NCBI GenBank assembly: GCA_964514565.1
Contig: CAZERA010000001.1
Coordinates: forward strand, 1 to 64,000
Length of the DNA stretch: 64,000 nt
Source of the DNA: an uncultured Candidatus Peribacteria bacterium
GTDB lineage: Bacteria; Patescibacteriota; Gracilibacteria; RBG-16-42-10
Reading direction: 5' to 3'
Position numbers and translations under genes: made by a program. Of the stretch, positions 9,123-18,941 are shown piece by piece. Position 1 is the stretch's first letter, and the number at the start of each line of letters is the position of its first letter. Below the pieces are notes generated by a model. The model made no database searches. It was not told the origin of the DNA and saw only the letters and a program-made list of their open reading frames with translations.

Positions 9123-10991
9123 ATGATCAAGCTCCCTACTTTACGTAGTATCGTAGCCGGCACAGCAATAGCCCTGATGCTTACCCTCCAAGCCGCTCCG
9201 CTAGCGTTAGCCAAGACAGCTACAAGTGCTGCAGACAACATCGACAGCACAGAAAGTGATGTCAAAGATCAACGCACTACACACCAAGGTACTCAATACT
9301 TTGATACTACTTCTGAAATCAATAGCTATTTCGATGATTTAAGTACTAGTATCGATGATGTTCTTTCTGAGGTACGTACAGTTACCACTCCAATCAGCCA
9401 AAATGACTTTGACACAGTGGATCAAGCTTATAGTTCATTCAAGAGCGAAATAAACAAAGCAGTAAGCAATGCCAATACTTATACTACTTTGGATGCATAC
9501 CGCAGTACTTATACTGACAACAAGAGCAACCTCGATGATGATATGAAGAAGCTCCGTGACGCAGTAAGTACGCTTTCAGGAAAAATCACCGGCACAACGA
9601 GTGGCACAACCGGTAATATCACGAGCGCTGCAGTACAAAACATCATCAGCAATATTGATGACGCTACTACTAATGTTAAAGATTTAAACAGCCAAGCTTT
9701 ATTGGTATTAGGTAGTACATCACGTTTAGACACATTTGTTGAAGATCTCAACAACGAGGGTGATGATGTTATTTCCGAACTTAAACGCATCACAGGTAGT
9801 ATCTCTTCAGTTGATTTAGATGATTTGAGCCAAGCAACAAGCGATTTCAAAAAAGAGGGTGATAAAAGATTAGCTATTGCCGGTTCAGGTAGTACAACTT
9901 ATGGCACAACTTTTGATACAGCATTCCAAGATGCAAAAAGTAGTTTCAAAGATGACTATAAGAAAGTAATCGACAAAAACATTGACCGCATTAGTTCTTT
10001 AGCTTTAGGAAACGGTATTAGCAATACAGCTTTAGTCAACTCAGCAATCAACAGCATTGATGACTCTCAAACTGAAGTTGAAGATTTACGTAAAGCAGCT
10101 GAAGCAAACACATCTACTGTTGACAGCTCTACTGAACTTACTACATACATGGAAGATGTTATCTCTCCAATCAACGATGTTGAAAGCAGATTAAAGAGAA
10201 TCACCGGAACTTTGACACAAAATGATTTCGATGACCTAAGTAGCGCAGTGGACTCATTCGAAAAAGAGGTAAAAAAAGCTCGCGATGCGGTAAAGAACAA
10301 TAGTACAAATACAACCTTTACTGATGAATTCAGTAGCCAAAATGACGATCTCAAAAAAGCCCTTAGCGATATGAATGATGCTTTGAGTAAGGTTGAGACA
10401 TTAATCGGTGCTGCAAATATTCCTGGTAGCACAAACACCAATACAACATTCTACGATGTATTGAGTACTTCAGAATTTTATACATATATCACAGCATTGG
10501 CTGCTCGCAATGTAGTCAATGGTTATGCTGATCGTAGCTTCCACCCAAAAGCTAATGTGACTCGTGCTGAGTTCCTCAAGATGGCATTGATTGCTCGTGG
10601 TAGAGATACAACAGCTTACCAAAGCAGCGCTAGCCCATTTACTGATGTACCTTCTTTCCATGCGCTCCGCCCATACATCAACTATGCAGTCGCAAACAAC
10701 ATCATTACTGGTCAGACTCTCAATGGTGCACGTTACTACTATCCTGAAAAACCAATCACTCGTGCTGAAGCAACTATCATCTTGATGCGTATCACTGGTA
10801 TCGCTCCTGGTGTAGCAACAGCAAGTAGATTCCTAGATGTTCGTGATCCAGAACAAATCCGCTACGTCGAAGTAGCAGCAGCACAAGGTGTCCTCAATGG
10901 TTACAATGCAAACACATTCGGACCAAACGATCCTTTGACTCGCGAACAAGCAGCTAAGATTGTAGCTAAGATTAATAATATAGTGCGTTAG
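9123..10991 (+). CDS. Secreted S-layer-homology protein with three acidic helical repeats and C-terminal SLH domains
   Basis: Signal peptide; three ~135-aa repeats; SLH motifs (GY.D.SF.P...VTRAEF, ITRAEA, GYNANTFGPNDPLTREQ). Confidence 0.85.
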   Translation: MIKLPTLRSIVAGTAIALMLTLQAAPLALAKTATSAADNIDSTESDVKDQRTTHQGTQYFDTTSEINSYFDDLSTSIDDVLSEVRTVTTPISQNDFDTVDQAYSSFKSEINKAVSNANTYTTLDAYRSTYTDNKSNLDDDMKKLRDAVSTLSGKITGTTSGTTGNITSAAVQNIISNIDDATTNVKDLNSQALLVLGSTSRLDTFVEDLNNEGDDVISELKRITGSISSVDLDDLSQATSDFKKEGDKRLAIAGSGSTTYGTTFDTAFQDAKSSFKDDYKKVIDKNIDRISSLALGNGISNTALVNSAINSIDDSQTEVEDLRKAAEANTSTVDSSTELTTYMEDVISPINDVESRLKRITGTLTQNDFDDLSSAVDSFEKEVKKARDAVKNNSTNTTFTDEFSSQNDDLKKALSDMNDALSKVETLIGAANIPGSTNTNTTFYDVLSTSEFYTYITALAARNVVNGYADRSFHPKANVTRAEFLKMALIARGRDTTAYQSSASPFTDVPSFHALRPYINYAVANNIITGQTLNGARYYYPEKPITRAEATIILMRITGIAPGVATASRFLDVRDPEQIRYVEVAAAQGVLNGYNANTFGPNDPLTREQAAKIVAKINNIVR

Positions 10992-11003
10992 TTGGGAGCT
11001 CAA

Positions 11004-11048
11004 AGATAAGAAAGAAAAGGTAAGAGGTAAGAAATATAGCGGCTAGAG
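11004..11048. repeat. Half copy of the heptamer-arm element
   Basis: AGATAAGAAAGAAAAGGTAAGAGGTAAGAAATATAGCGGCT, matching the purine arm of copies A/C/D. Confidence 0.6.
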
Positions 11049-11088
11049 AAAAGAGACCTAGTAGAGCAATCTACGGGTCTCTTTTTTT
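11049..11088 (+). terminator. Rho-independent terminator
   Basis: AAAAGAGACC...GTAGA-GCAA-TCTAC...GGTCTC plus T-tract. Confidence 0.75.
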
Positions 11089-11203
11089 GTTCACTATAGA
11101 CAGTGGCAGCTGATTAAATAGAGCAAGCTGTCAACTTGCCTACAAGATAAGAACGCCATTATAAGCACTGCTTATTGCCTCCTACAGAGATGCCTATTCA
11201 CAC

Positions 11204-11234
11204 AAAAAAGACCCAGGGTTTTCCCTGAGCCTTC
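11204..11234 (-). terminator. Rho-independent terminator for the pilin-fusion gene
   Basis: Minus strand GAAGGCTCAGGG-AAAA-CCCTGGGTC-TTTTTT. Confidence 0.7.
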
Positions 11235-11240
11235 ATTGTA

Positions 11241-11292
11241 TTTAAACCTCTAACCTTTGCTCTCGTCCCGCGCATGCGGGACTGACCTAACT
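11241..11292 (-). repeat. 52-bp post-stop repeat containing TCCCGC-GCAT-GCGGGA palindrome
   Basis: Reverse complement matches 46269-46320 at 43/52 nt by manual alignment; the 16-mer palindrome at 11266-11281 is identical to 61018-61033. Confidence 0.75.
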
Positions 11293-13564
11293 ATTGTCCT
11301 GTTGGTGTCCCGTAGAACGCCAAATTGGTCAGTGTCGTGTGAATCTGTTGACGATTGGAGCCTAGGCCATCTTCGAAGAAAGCTACATTACCCCCATGAT
11401 CACGAGCTAACGCTAGGCCAGCTTCAATTTTTTGCATCGTACGAATGACGGCAAAGAAAGGATTATTGTAGACGTCGTAGACTCCATTTTCTTGGACTGA
11501 GAGTATTGAACCGTCTGCTCCTTTAGCTGCGAATGCACGCACGAGGGCACCCCAACGTTGGTTCTCAGGCACACTCGCGATGTCATTGGCTACCATCCGA
11601 ATAATTCGTGCAGCACGAGCATCACCAGCACTCCAGCCCATCGTAGTCATAGCTAGGAACCATAAGCTATCTTCGCTGTGAGCTTGAATATTGGTAGGCA
11701 AAGCATTATTTACATTGCGACCATGAGTACGGTTGTTGATGATACCAATAGCTAACTGATCAGGTACGGCGCCTGCCCAGCTACCTGGAGCAGTGACACC
11801 TTCACGACTTAGAAGCGTACGAACCTCTTGGGAGGTAGCGATATTTGACCAATTGGAACCAGCACCTGGTGCAGGACCACCTCTAGGCCCACCCTCTACA
11901 CCAAACCAACCTAGCTCATGAAAAGATTGGGAAGCGACACCACCAAGTGGTGGCTGTACCCCAGCAGCTCTTTCATCCGGAAGACCAGTCAGGAAACCAG
12001 TAGTATTTTCACGCAAACCACCATTACTAGCTACTCCCATAAAGAATTCTGGCGCAGCATTGGGCGCTAATGCATGGCTGATACGAACGATGTCAGCATT
12101 ATAACTTTGCCACCAGCCCTTGATCATCGATAATTTTTCTTGAGCATATACTTGCGGTGAACGAGCACGGGTGCGGGTAGTATTGCTAGCAGTCTGACCA
12201 CCTGCAGGACCACTAATAAATTGATTTACTCCTGTAGTCTGGAAGTTGGGATTTTCATAACGAGTAGAACGAACCTGACAAGCGGTACTGGTACCAAAGG
12301 TAAAGAAACAAGGATTCACTAGATACAAGATATATCCACCTGTACCCAATAAAAATAACCCAGATAGCACGCCTACGATTCTTTCTTTCGCTTTATTTGC
12401 TTGCTCTCCACCGCCACCAATGATGATTTGAATACCGGACACAATCAACATGAGAAGAGCAATAGTACCAGCAATGCCAGCTGCATAAGAGAATAAAATA
12501 CGAGCATAGTTGGCTATCACACCACCATCAGATGAGATAGTAGTAGTCCCGTTGATTGGTGCTTCCAAAGGAATAGCACCAGCAGGGACAATTACTTGTT
12601 GAGCGGGAGCGCTACCTGGATTAGAACCAGTATTGGTTGTATCAGTTGGAGTATTGTTAGTAGCAGCTGCTGTGTCAGTACCACGACAGTTGAGTGGCGT
12701 AGCTGCTGGAGCACTTGTATCTGTACGAACCACTAGCAATGTAGCTAATCCCCCGTTATTGAGCGTACCACCACCTTGGTCACTTGGTGAAAGACGGCTA
12801 TTGATACGCATCATAGTAGAAGAGCCACTATCTAGATTGTAGGCAGCTGTAGCTCCTTGGCGCTTTAAGAAATCAATACCCTCTTGTGGAGTCACGCCTT
12901 GATTACGATTGGCACCTTGGCCACCAGTGAACAAAATGAGTTTGTGACCAGCTTCATTTACTCCTAAAAAGGTGCGAGCAATAGAACCCTGCGCATCACT
13001 AACATCATGAGAATAAATCTGAGAAAAACGGGCATTGATATCACTAGCCGTCATCTGCGCTAGCGGTTTCTGAATGGAATCTATCCGATAAATACCTCCA
13101 ATATACATTTTGTATTGGCTAGCCCTCTCTGGCGTGAGTTGACCTGTGTTTAGTTCATACTGACCATCGGTTTTAATGGCAAAGTAACTACTACTACCCG
13201 TCTTACCTAAATAAACTTGATTGCCTATATAGTCGCCAAGCACAGCTGAACCATCAAAGAAATTGGCATTGATGAGACCAACAACATTATTAGTGTTACC
13301 TAAAGCATTGAACTGATCAGAAGAAAATTTAGCACCACAGCTAGTCTTACCTTCTGGTCGCACAGTCACCACACTGGTATCAGCCACCAAGGCTCTCAAA
13401 TCTCTACCACTACTAGTGGTGTCTTTCACAAAAGTGACACCGCTCACGAGGTCATTGCGTGTCTCAGCAGCAAAAGTAGCACTGAAGCTAGAAAGAAAAA
13501 GAGTGAAAGCAGTAAATCCCCAGGCTAAAGAGCCAATAATTCGGCGACGAGAAGAAAAATTCAT
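11291..13564 (-). CDS. Secreted fusion: phosphodiester glycosidase (NAGPA/DUF2233-like) + CPR pilin-like two-TM domain + unknown C-terminal domain
   Basis: GLINANFF, ARTFLGV, AYNLDSGSST motifs; ...LIVSGIQIIIGGG.EQANKAKERI..VLSGLFLL..GYILYLVNP pilin signature. Confidence 0.65.
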   Translation of the reverse strand: MNFSSRRRIIGSLAWGFTAFTLFLSSFSATFAAETRNDLVSGVTFVKDTTSSGRDLRALVADTSVVTVRPEGKTSCGAKFSSDQFNALGNTNNVVGLINANFFDGSAVLGDYIGNQVYLGKTGSSSYFAIKTDGQYELNTGQLTPERASQYKMYIGGIYRIDSIQKPLAQMTASDINARFSQIYSHDVSDAQGSIARTFLGVNEAGHKLILFTGGQGANRNQGVTPQEGIDFLKRQGATAAYNLDSGSSTMMRINSRLSPSDQGGGTLNNGGLATLLVVRTDTSAPAATPLNCRGTDTAAATNNTPTDTTNTGSNPGSAPAQQVIVPAGAIPLEAPINGTTTISSDGGVIANYARILFSYAAGIAGTIALLMLIVSGIQIIIGGGGEQANKAKERIVGVLSGLFLLGTGGYILYLVNPCFFTFGTSTACQVRSTRYENPNFQTTGVNQFISGPAGGQTASNTTRTRARSPQVYAQEKLSMIKGWWQSYNADIVRISHALAPNAAPEFFMGVASNGGLRENTTGFLTGLPDERAAGVQPPLGGVASQSFHELGWFGVEGGPRGGPAPGAGSNWSNIATSQEVRTLLSREGVTAPGSWAGAVPDQLAIGIINNRTHGRNVNNALPTNIQAHSEDSLWFLAMTTMGWSAGDARAARIIRMVANDIASVPENQRWGALVRAFAAKGADGSILSVQENGVYDVYNNPFFAVIRTMQKIEAGLALARDHGGNVAFFEDGLGSNRQQIHTTLTNLAFYGTPTGQ

Positions 13565-13631
13565 AAGAAATAACTTATCAAAAATCAGCAGTCATATAAT
13601 TGTACCACAACATAGCATAAGTCCCTACAGT

Positions 13632-15995
13632 TTACTTGCTGAGAGAAAGCCTAACAAACTGCTCAAGCAAAGCACCAGGAAAAAGTGGCACTTCTTCCTC
13701 TAGAGCTTGCTGATAAAAAACCGTAGACGCCGTCAGACCAGGTAAAGAGTTGACCTCAATTAAAATAATCTTGCCAGTTTTAGTCTGAACAAACGCATCA
13801 AGGCGAGCATAGCCTTCTATCCCTAACTTATCAGCTAAAATCTTAATATTTGCTTTCACCTTTCGTAACAACTTGGTGGGCAAAATACTAGCCGGTGGTG
13901 GCGTGATATTAATACCTGTACCACCTTGAAACTTTTCTTCTACACTCAACACGTCCCCTTCGGCAATAGTAATGCTGGGATTGAAAACATGCATATCAGC
14001 TTGTTTACCAACCACTCCAACAGTAACCTCTACCCACCCTGACCGAGCATAGTGCTTCAATTCATTGCCTTTTACTCGGATCAGATCGGTCTCAATAAAT
14101 TGTTCTATCAAGATTTCCGTCATATGCAGAGGCATCTCCACTGTATCAGTTTGATTCTTGAACGTGTTCTTGGGAATAGCATCCAATCCCAGTCGAATGA
14201 TCTCTACATATCTATAGAACTCTTCTGCAGAATACAAATGAACTATGCCTGACGAACAGCCATCGCTTCGAGGTTTCACAATAAGGGTGTTGCTACCAAG
14301 CTCTTCACAAAGATTGTTCCACAGCTGCTTACAACGTTTAGTACTGATGGAAAGAATATCAGCAAGCACCAACACTTTTTTGCTAGCAGAAACGACACCA
14401 GCTATGCATAGATCCTCTACTCGTTTGCCAGTCAACCACTTATCCATACACAATGCAGAGATCCTTTGGTTGGAACCATTGTAAGCACACCCTTCTTTTG
14501 CTAGCAAAGCTTGTAGCGTCCCATTCTCACCATCACCACCATGGAGAGCAATAAATAAGGCAGGTGATTGCTTGATAAACTGCTCTAAACTAAGCCGTAA
14601 AGGTAATTCATTGATATCAAGATCAAATTGGTCCGAAGCTAAACGTAATTGAACCTTTTTTTCCAAAGCGACCAAACGTTCTTGATTGAGTGAAGCATTC
14701 TCACAATTGATTTGAATCTCTTCTACCGTGTGGTTCAAACTAAAAGCATAAGGTAAACGCCAAACTTTGTTTTCAATATCTAGTAAAAAGGGAATAGGTT
14801 CATACAGATCAGAATCACGAAGCTTAAGCCAAACATTTGTGCCACTCATCAACGAAACCTGACGTTCAGAAGTCTGCCCACCAAAAAGTACATGAACAGG
14901 TTGTCTCTTGGCCTTGTGGTTCTTTGCCAAGCTTGGAAAAGGAAGCTGGTAGCGACTAGCAGCGTGCTGCACAATATGTCGAAGCACTCCTTGATGAGTG
15001 AATCCAACTCTGGAAGCTTGCTGAAACAAGAAACTATTTTGCTCCATACCACTAATGGGATTGAAATCTGAAAACCAGATATTGCCATCATCCAAGACCC
15101 ATCCGTCAAAACGAGCAAAGTCTCTCATGCCAAAAAGAGCAAAAAGCTGTTCAGCTTGCACTTGGATCTTCTCAATAGTTTCTAAATTGAAGCGGGGTGG
15201 ACAGTGATATGTTACTTGCCGAGTGGGCAAATACTTTTTTCTAAAATCAAAAATTTGATGCTCAGTATAATCAGTCTCAATCTCAGTCGGTAAAATAGCT
15301 ACAGGCAACCCAAATCGGTTTTGAAGTAAAATGACCGTAAATTCAGTACCAGATGCAAACGGCTCAACCACAATACGGGTATCCATTCTTTTACTGAAAA
15401 TAAGCTCAACCTTTTCCAATGCCTCTTCTACAGTACTTACCGAGAACACACCGATACTTGATCCACCTGATGCTGGTTTCACTACAGCTCTCCTTAGCCC
15501 GTATTGAGAGAAAAAAGCCTGTAAGAGTTTCTGGTGATCCGTATGAAAGATCTTTAACACAATCGATGGCAAGGTAAAAAAGCCATGGTCTTTGATCAGC
15601 TGGTTGGCAGTAAACTTATCAAATACTTTTTTGCAAACACTACTACCTGTACCCACAAAAGGAATTGAGTGTTTCTCCAAAAACTTCTGAATAGTACCAT
15701 CTTCACCAAAAGATCCATGCATAACAGGAAAAACAATATCACAATCTTGCAAATTTCTAACCAGTTCTTTTTCCGATAAGATTTTGGCTGTTTGTTGTAG
15801 CTTAAAGTCAAAGTCAGAGGGAGTATTAGAGTAGAGCTGCGCTTGAGAAATACGATAAGCTTGTTTTTTATGATCAAAATAAAATGGCACTATTTCAATA
15901 TCCTTACTACCCAAGTGATCAAGTACAGAACGCGCAGAATTCAAAGAAATACCTCGTTCTAATGAGGGGCCACCACAGAGGATTGCAACTGTCAT
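13632..15995 (-). CDS. ddl: Double-domain D-alanine--D-alanine ligase family protein
   Basis: Two Ddl modules: CGGPSLERGISLNS/HGSFGEDG/VVKPASGGSS/ARFDG and FGGQTSERQVSLMS/HGGDGENG/IVKPRSDGCS/ARLD..EVNSLPG; start placed at ATG 15995. Confidence 0.85.
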   Translation of the reverse strand: MTVAILCGGPSLERGISLNSARSVLDHLGSKDIEIVPFYFDHKKQAYRISQAQLYSNTPSDFDFKLQQTAKILSEKELVRNLQDCDIVFPVMHGSFGEDGTIQKFLEKHSIPFVGTGSSVCKKVFDKFTANQLIKDHGFFTLPSIVLKIFHTDHQKLLQAFFSQYGLRRAVVKPASGGSSIGVFSVSTVEEALEKVELIFSKRMDTRIVVEPFASGTEFTVILLQNRFGLPVAILPTEIETDYTEHQIFDFRKKYLPTRQVTYHCPPRFNLETIEKIQVQAEQLFALFGMRDFARFDGWVLDDGNIWFSDFNPISGMEQNSFLFQQASRVGFTHQGVLRHIVQHAASRYQLPFPSLAKNHKAKRQPVHVLFGGQTSERQVSLMSGTNVWLKLRDSDLYEPIPFLLDIENKVWRLPYAFSLNHTVEEIQINCENASLNQERLVALEKKVQLRLASDQFDLDINELPLRLSLEQFIKQSPALFIALHGGDGENGTLQALLAKEGCAYNGSNQRISALCMDKWLTGKRVEDLCIAGVVSASKKVLVLADILSISTKRCKQLWNNLCEELGSNTLIVKPRSDGCSSGIVHLYSAEEFYRYVEIIRLGLDAIPKNTFKNQTDTVEMPLHMTEILIEQFIETDLIRVKGNELKHYARSGWVEVTVGVVGKQADMHVFNPSITIAEGDVLSVEEKFQGGTGINITPPPASILPTKLLRKVKANIKILADKLGIEGYARLDAFVQTKTGKIILIEVNSLPGLTASTVFYQQALEEEVPLFPGALLEQFVRLSLSK

Positions 15996-16175
15996 AAGTG
16001 TTATATTAAAAGCACCAACACGCATCAAGCTAAAGAATAAAGCACTATTTTGCAAATTTACATACTCAAAACATTCATAAAACATGATAAAGTGCAAAGA
16101 GCAAAGAAACCAATCTCACTCACCTTGGCAGTGACAAGAAAACGGCTATGATACTTTGGTGTTATTTGAAAGCCT

Positions 16176-17351
16176 ATGATGCCTCTAGCTCACCGCATAC
16201 GCCCCACCCAGTTTGACCAATTATATGGCCAAGAACATCTGTTTGGCCCAGAGGGGCACTTAGCCAAACTACTCCAATCAGGCATACTGCATTCTTTTAT
16301 TTTGGTCGGTCCGCCGGGCACAGGAAAAACTAGTATTGCCAATATTATTGCTCATAGCATTGATGCTCACTTTGTAGAACTCAATGCTACTGAAGCAAAA
16401 GTGGCAGATCTGCGTAAACATAGCCAAGCAGCGAAAGAACGACTACTAGCTTACAACCAAAGAACCATTGTATTCGTAGATGAGATCCATCGCTTCAATA
16501 AAGGCCAACAAGATACGCTTTTACCCTTTGTAGAATCCGGCCATATTGTTTTGATTGGTGCTACCACCGAAAATCCTTCATATGAAATCAACCAAGCATT
16601 GTTATCACGCACTACAGTTTACCGTTTGAATAGTTTAGATGATGTCGCTCTCAAGAAAATATTAGCTAGAGCACTGCATGAAGGTTATTTGGATGAGGTA
16701 AAGTTGAGTGATGCAGTACAGGACTACTTAGTTACTATTTCAGCAGGTGATGCTAGAAGTTTATTGAATGCTCTAGAACTTTTAGTAGCTACACAAAAAA
16801 CTACTGCAGATTTAAATAGCATCCGCCAATTCTTAGCCAAACAACACATTCGCTATGACAAGCGCAGTGAGGAACACTACAATACTATCTCTGCCTTCAT
16901 CAAAAGTTTACGAGGCAGTGATCCTGATGCCAGCTTGCTTTGGATGTGGAAGATGATTGCCGGTGGAGAGGATCCCCAGTTTATTTTTAGAAGAATGCTT
17001 ATTTTGGCATCAGAAGATGTTGGCATGGCTGATCCACAAGCATTAGTTTTCATTCAAAACGCATTGCAAGCATTCAATGTAGTTGGCTTTCCTGAAGGTA
17101 AATACTTCTTAGCTCATGCTTGTATTTACTTAGCCAAGGCCCAAAAAAGTAATGACATTACTAAAGCAATGGGAAAAGCAGATGAATATTTAGAACAGCA
17201 CACTAATCTCCAAGCGCCGCTGCACCTGACCAAAGAAGGAGGAAAGGATTATTTGTATCCGCACAACTATCCCAAGCACTGGGTCAAACAAGACTATTAC
17301 CCAGTCAATACTCCCCGCACGCCTATTTACCAACCACCAGAAACGCAATAA
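16176..17351 (+). CDS. rarA: Replication-associated recombination protein A (MgsA/RarA AAA+)
   Basis: GPPGTGKT, DEIHRFNK.QQD, GATTENP, SAFIKSLRGSD, ASEDVG.ADP. Confidence 0.95.
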   Translation: MMPLAHRIRPTQFDQLYGQEHLFGPEGHLAKLLQSGILHSFILVGPPGTGKTSIANIIAHSIDAHFVELNATEAKVADLRKHSQAAKERLLAYNQRTIVFVDEIHRFNKGQQDTLLPFVESGHIVLIGATTENPSYEINQALLSRTTVYRLNSLDDVALKKILARALHEGYLDEVKLSDAVQDYLVTISAGDARSLLNALELLVATQKTTADLNSIRQFLAKQHIRYDKRSEEHYNTISAFIKSLRGSDPDASLLWMWKMIAGGEDPQFIFRRMLILASEDVGMADPQALVFIQNALQAFNVVGFPEGKYFLAHACIYLAKAQKSNDITKAMGKADEYLEQHTNLQAPLHLTKEGGKDYLYPHNYPKHWVKQDYYPVNTPRTPIYQPPETQ

Positions 17352-17432
17352 TGCTGTCAACTATAAAAAGGGCTTACCTATAGCACAAAAATTCCCTACC
17401 GATACAATAAGAACGTTATTAACACATGTTTT

Positions 17433-18212
17433 ATGGAATTTTTAAATACACAATTGGGTAAGGTATTAGTAACTTTAGTCTGTATATTTTTAGTAGTAGG
17501 TATTATTAGTGGCATTGTTACCACCAACACTTCTTACAACAGCTACAAGAAAGATTATCGCAACACAATTACTGTTAGTGCTGATGACAAAGTAATTGCC
17601 AAACCAGATATTGCTTCGATTAGTTTGTCTGTAGTAAGCAAAGGCAAAACAGTTACTGAGGTAACTACTGATGGTAACAAAAAGATGAGTGATGTGGTCG
17701 CTGCTCTCAAAGCAATGCAAATCGATGAGAAAGATATTCAAACCACGGGCTATTATCTCAATCCTGAGCAAGACTACTCAATTGATCGTGCTCCAAATCA
17801 AGTTCCAACTATTACTGGATATACATTGAGCCAAACAGCTACAGTCAAAGTACGCAAAATCGACTCAGTCGGTGATGTAGTACAAAAAGCGACTAGCTTA
17901 GGTGCCAACGAAGTAGGTAGCATCAATCTCACTATTGATGACCAAGATAAATTACAAGATCAAGCTCGCGAAAAAGCATTTACCAAAGCAAAAGCGAAAG
18001 CAGCTACCTTGGCTCGCCAAGCGGGTGTAAGTCTCGGTGAAATCATTGGCTTTACTGATGATAGTGCGATGCCATATCCAGAAATGTACTCAAGCTACAA
18101 AGCAATGCCAATGAGTGCTATGGGTGATGCTACTGCAGTACCAGCTCCAAGCTTCGAAACCGGTAGTGAAGAAATACATGCTAGTGTCTCAATTACTTTC
18201 GAAATCAACTAA
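17433..18212 (+). CDS. SIMPL (DUF541) domain membrane-anchored protein
   Basis: N-terminal TM; ITVS....V.AKPDIA, IQT..Y.L.P, GANEV, AKAKA..LA...GVSLG. Confidence 0.85.
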   Translation: MEFLNTQLGKVLVTLVCIFLVVGIISGIVTTNTSYNSYKKDYRNTITVSADDKVIAKPDIASISLSVVSKGKTVTEVTTDGNKKMSDVVAALKAMQIDEKDIQTTGYYLNPEQDYSIDRAPNQVPTITGYTLSQTATVKVRKIDSVGDVVQKATSLGANEVGSINLTIDDQDKLQDQAREKAFTKAKAKAATLARQAGVSLGEIIGFTDDSAMPYPEMYSSYKAMPMSAMGDATAVPAPSFETGSEEIHASVSITFEIN

Positions 18213-18233
18213 AGTTATTTGTAAGTGTTTTGT

Positions 18234-18273
18234 AAAAAGAGAGCTTGAGAGCAATCTCAGCTCTCTTTTTTTT
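18234..18273 (+). terminator. Rho-independent terminator
   Basis: AAAAAGAGAGCT-TGAGA-GCAA-TCTCA-GCTCTC plus T-tract. Confidence 0.75.
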
Positions 18274-18367
18274 ATAGTTAGCAACAAGCTACTAATTCAG
18301 ATACAACTAAGGTAAAATCAGGACGCAGTAGTAAAGCTATTGCGTTTCTTGTTCTTTTCCAACTCGT

Positions 18368-18783
18368 GGGGACGATCGGTTTTGCTAAGGAGCCTACTAT
18401 CATGATTGGCGTCTACGGGGCCCCTATGCCCCCGGTAGATCCGTGTAGGGAAAAACAACTGCTAAAGATTCTTTAGAAGCTGCTCGCAATGTTGAGTACA
18501 CCAATGCTTTCGCAATGGCTGCTTAATATTCGGCAAAAATTCCCTGGCCTTTTCGTTGGGGACAGTATGATGGGATCTTGTACATATCCAAACCCAACGT
18601 ACTGTTAAATTTTGATATGTCTTTTGAGAAGTTTCTCCGTACTCAAAAGTATTAGGGGATACCGTCTTGGATCACTTTTTGTTTGCTCTTGATGATCAAA
18701 GACGTAATTTAAAGCAAACTATAGACGTAGAGGGTCATCATAGTACTTCTTATACGGCGGTTCGATTCCGCCCGTCTCCACCA
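18368..18783 (+). ncRNA. ssrA: tmRNA
   Basis: 5' GGGGACG pairs with 3' CGTCTCC-A-CCA, giving G3.U70; T-arm GGCGG-TTCGATT-CCGCC; helix 2 TAAGGAG/CTTCTTA; tag frame 18461-18526 AKDSLEAARNVEYTNAFAMAA*. Confidence 0.93.
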
Positions 18784-18798
18784 GCAACGCCAGTTGCT

Positions 18799-18896
18799 GC
18801 TTATTCTCATTCTAATTCTCTAGCTTATTCTTTTTAGCCAGAGAAATTTTTGCGTTGCTAAGAATAAGAATCAGAATAAGTTAAAGAATTAGAAAG
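18799..18896. repeat. Inverted repeat built from short (A)GAATA-like tandem units upstream of the four-helix-bundle gene
   Basis: TCTAATTCTCTAGCTTATTCT versus AGAATAAGTTAAAGAATTAGA (19/21 complementary). Confidence 0.65.
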
Positions 18897-18941
18897 ATTT
18901 CATAAATTGCTTGGTATTGTTACGAATAATTAATACTAGGT

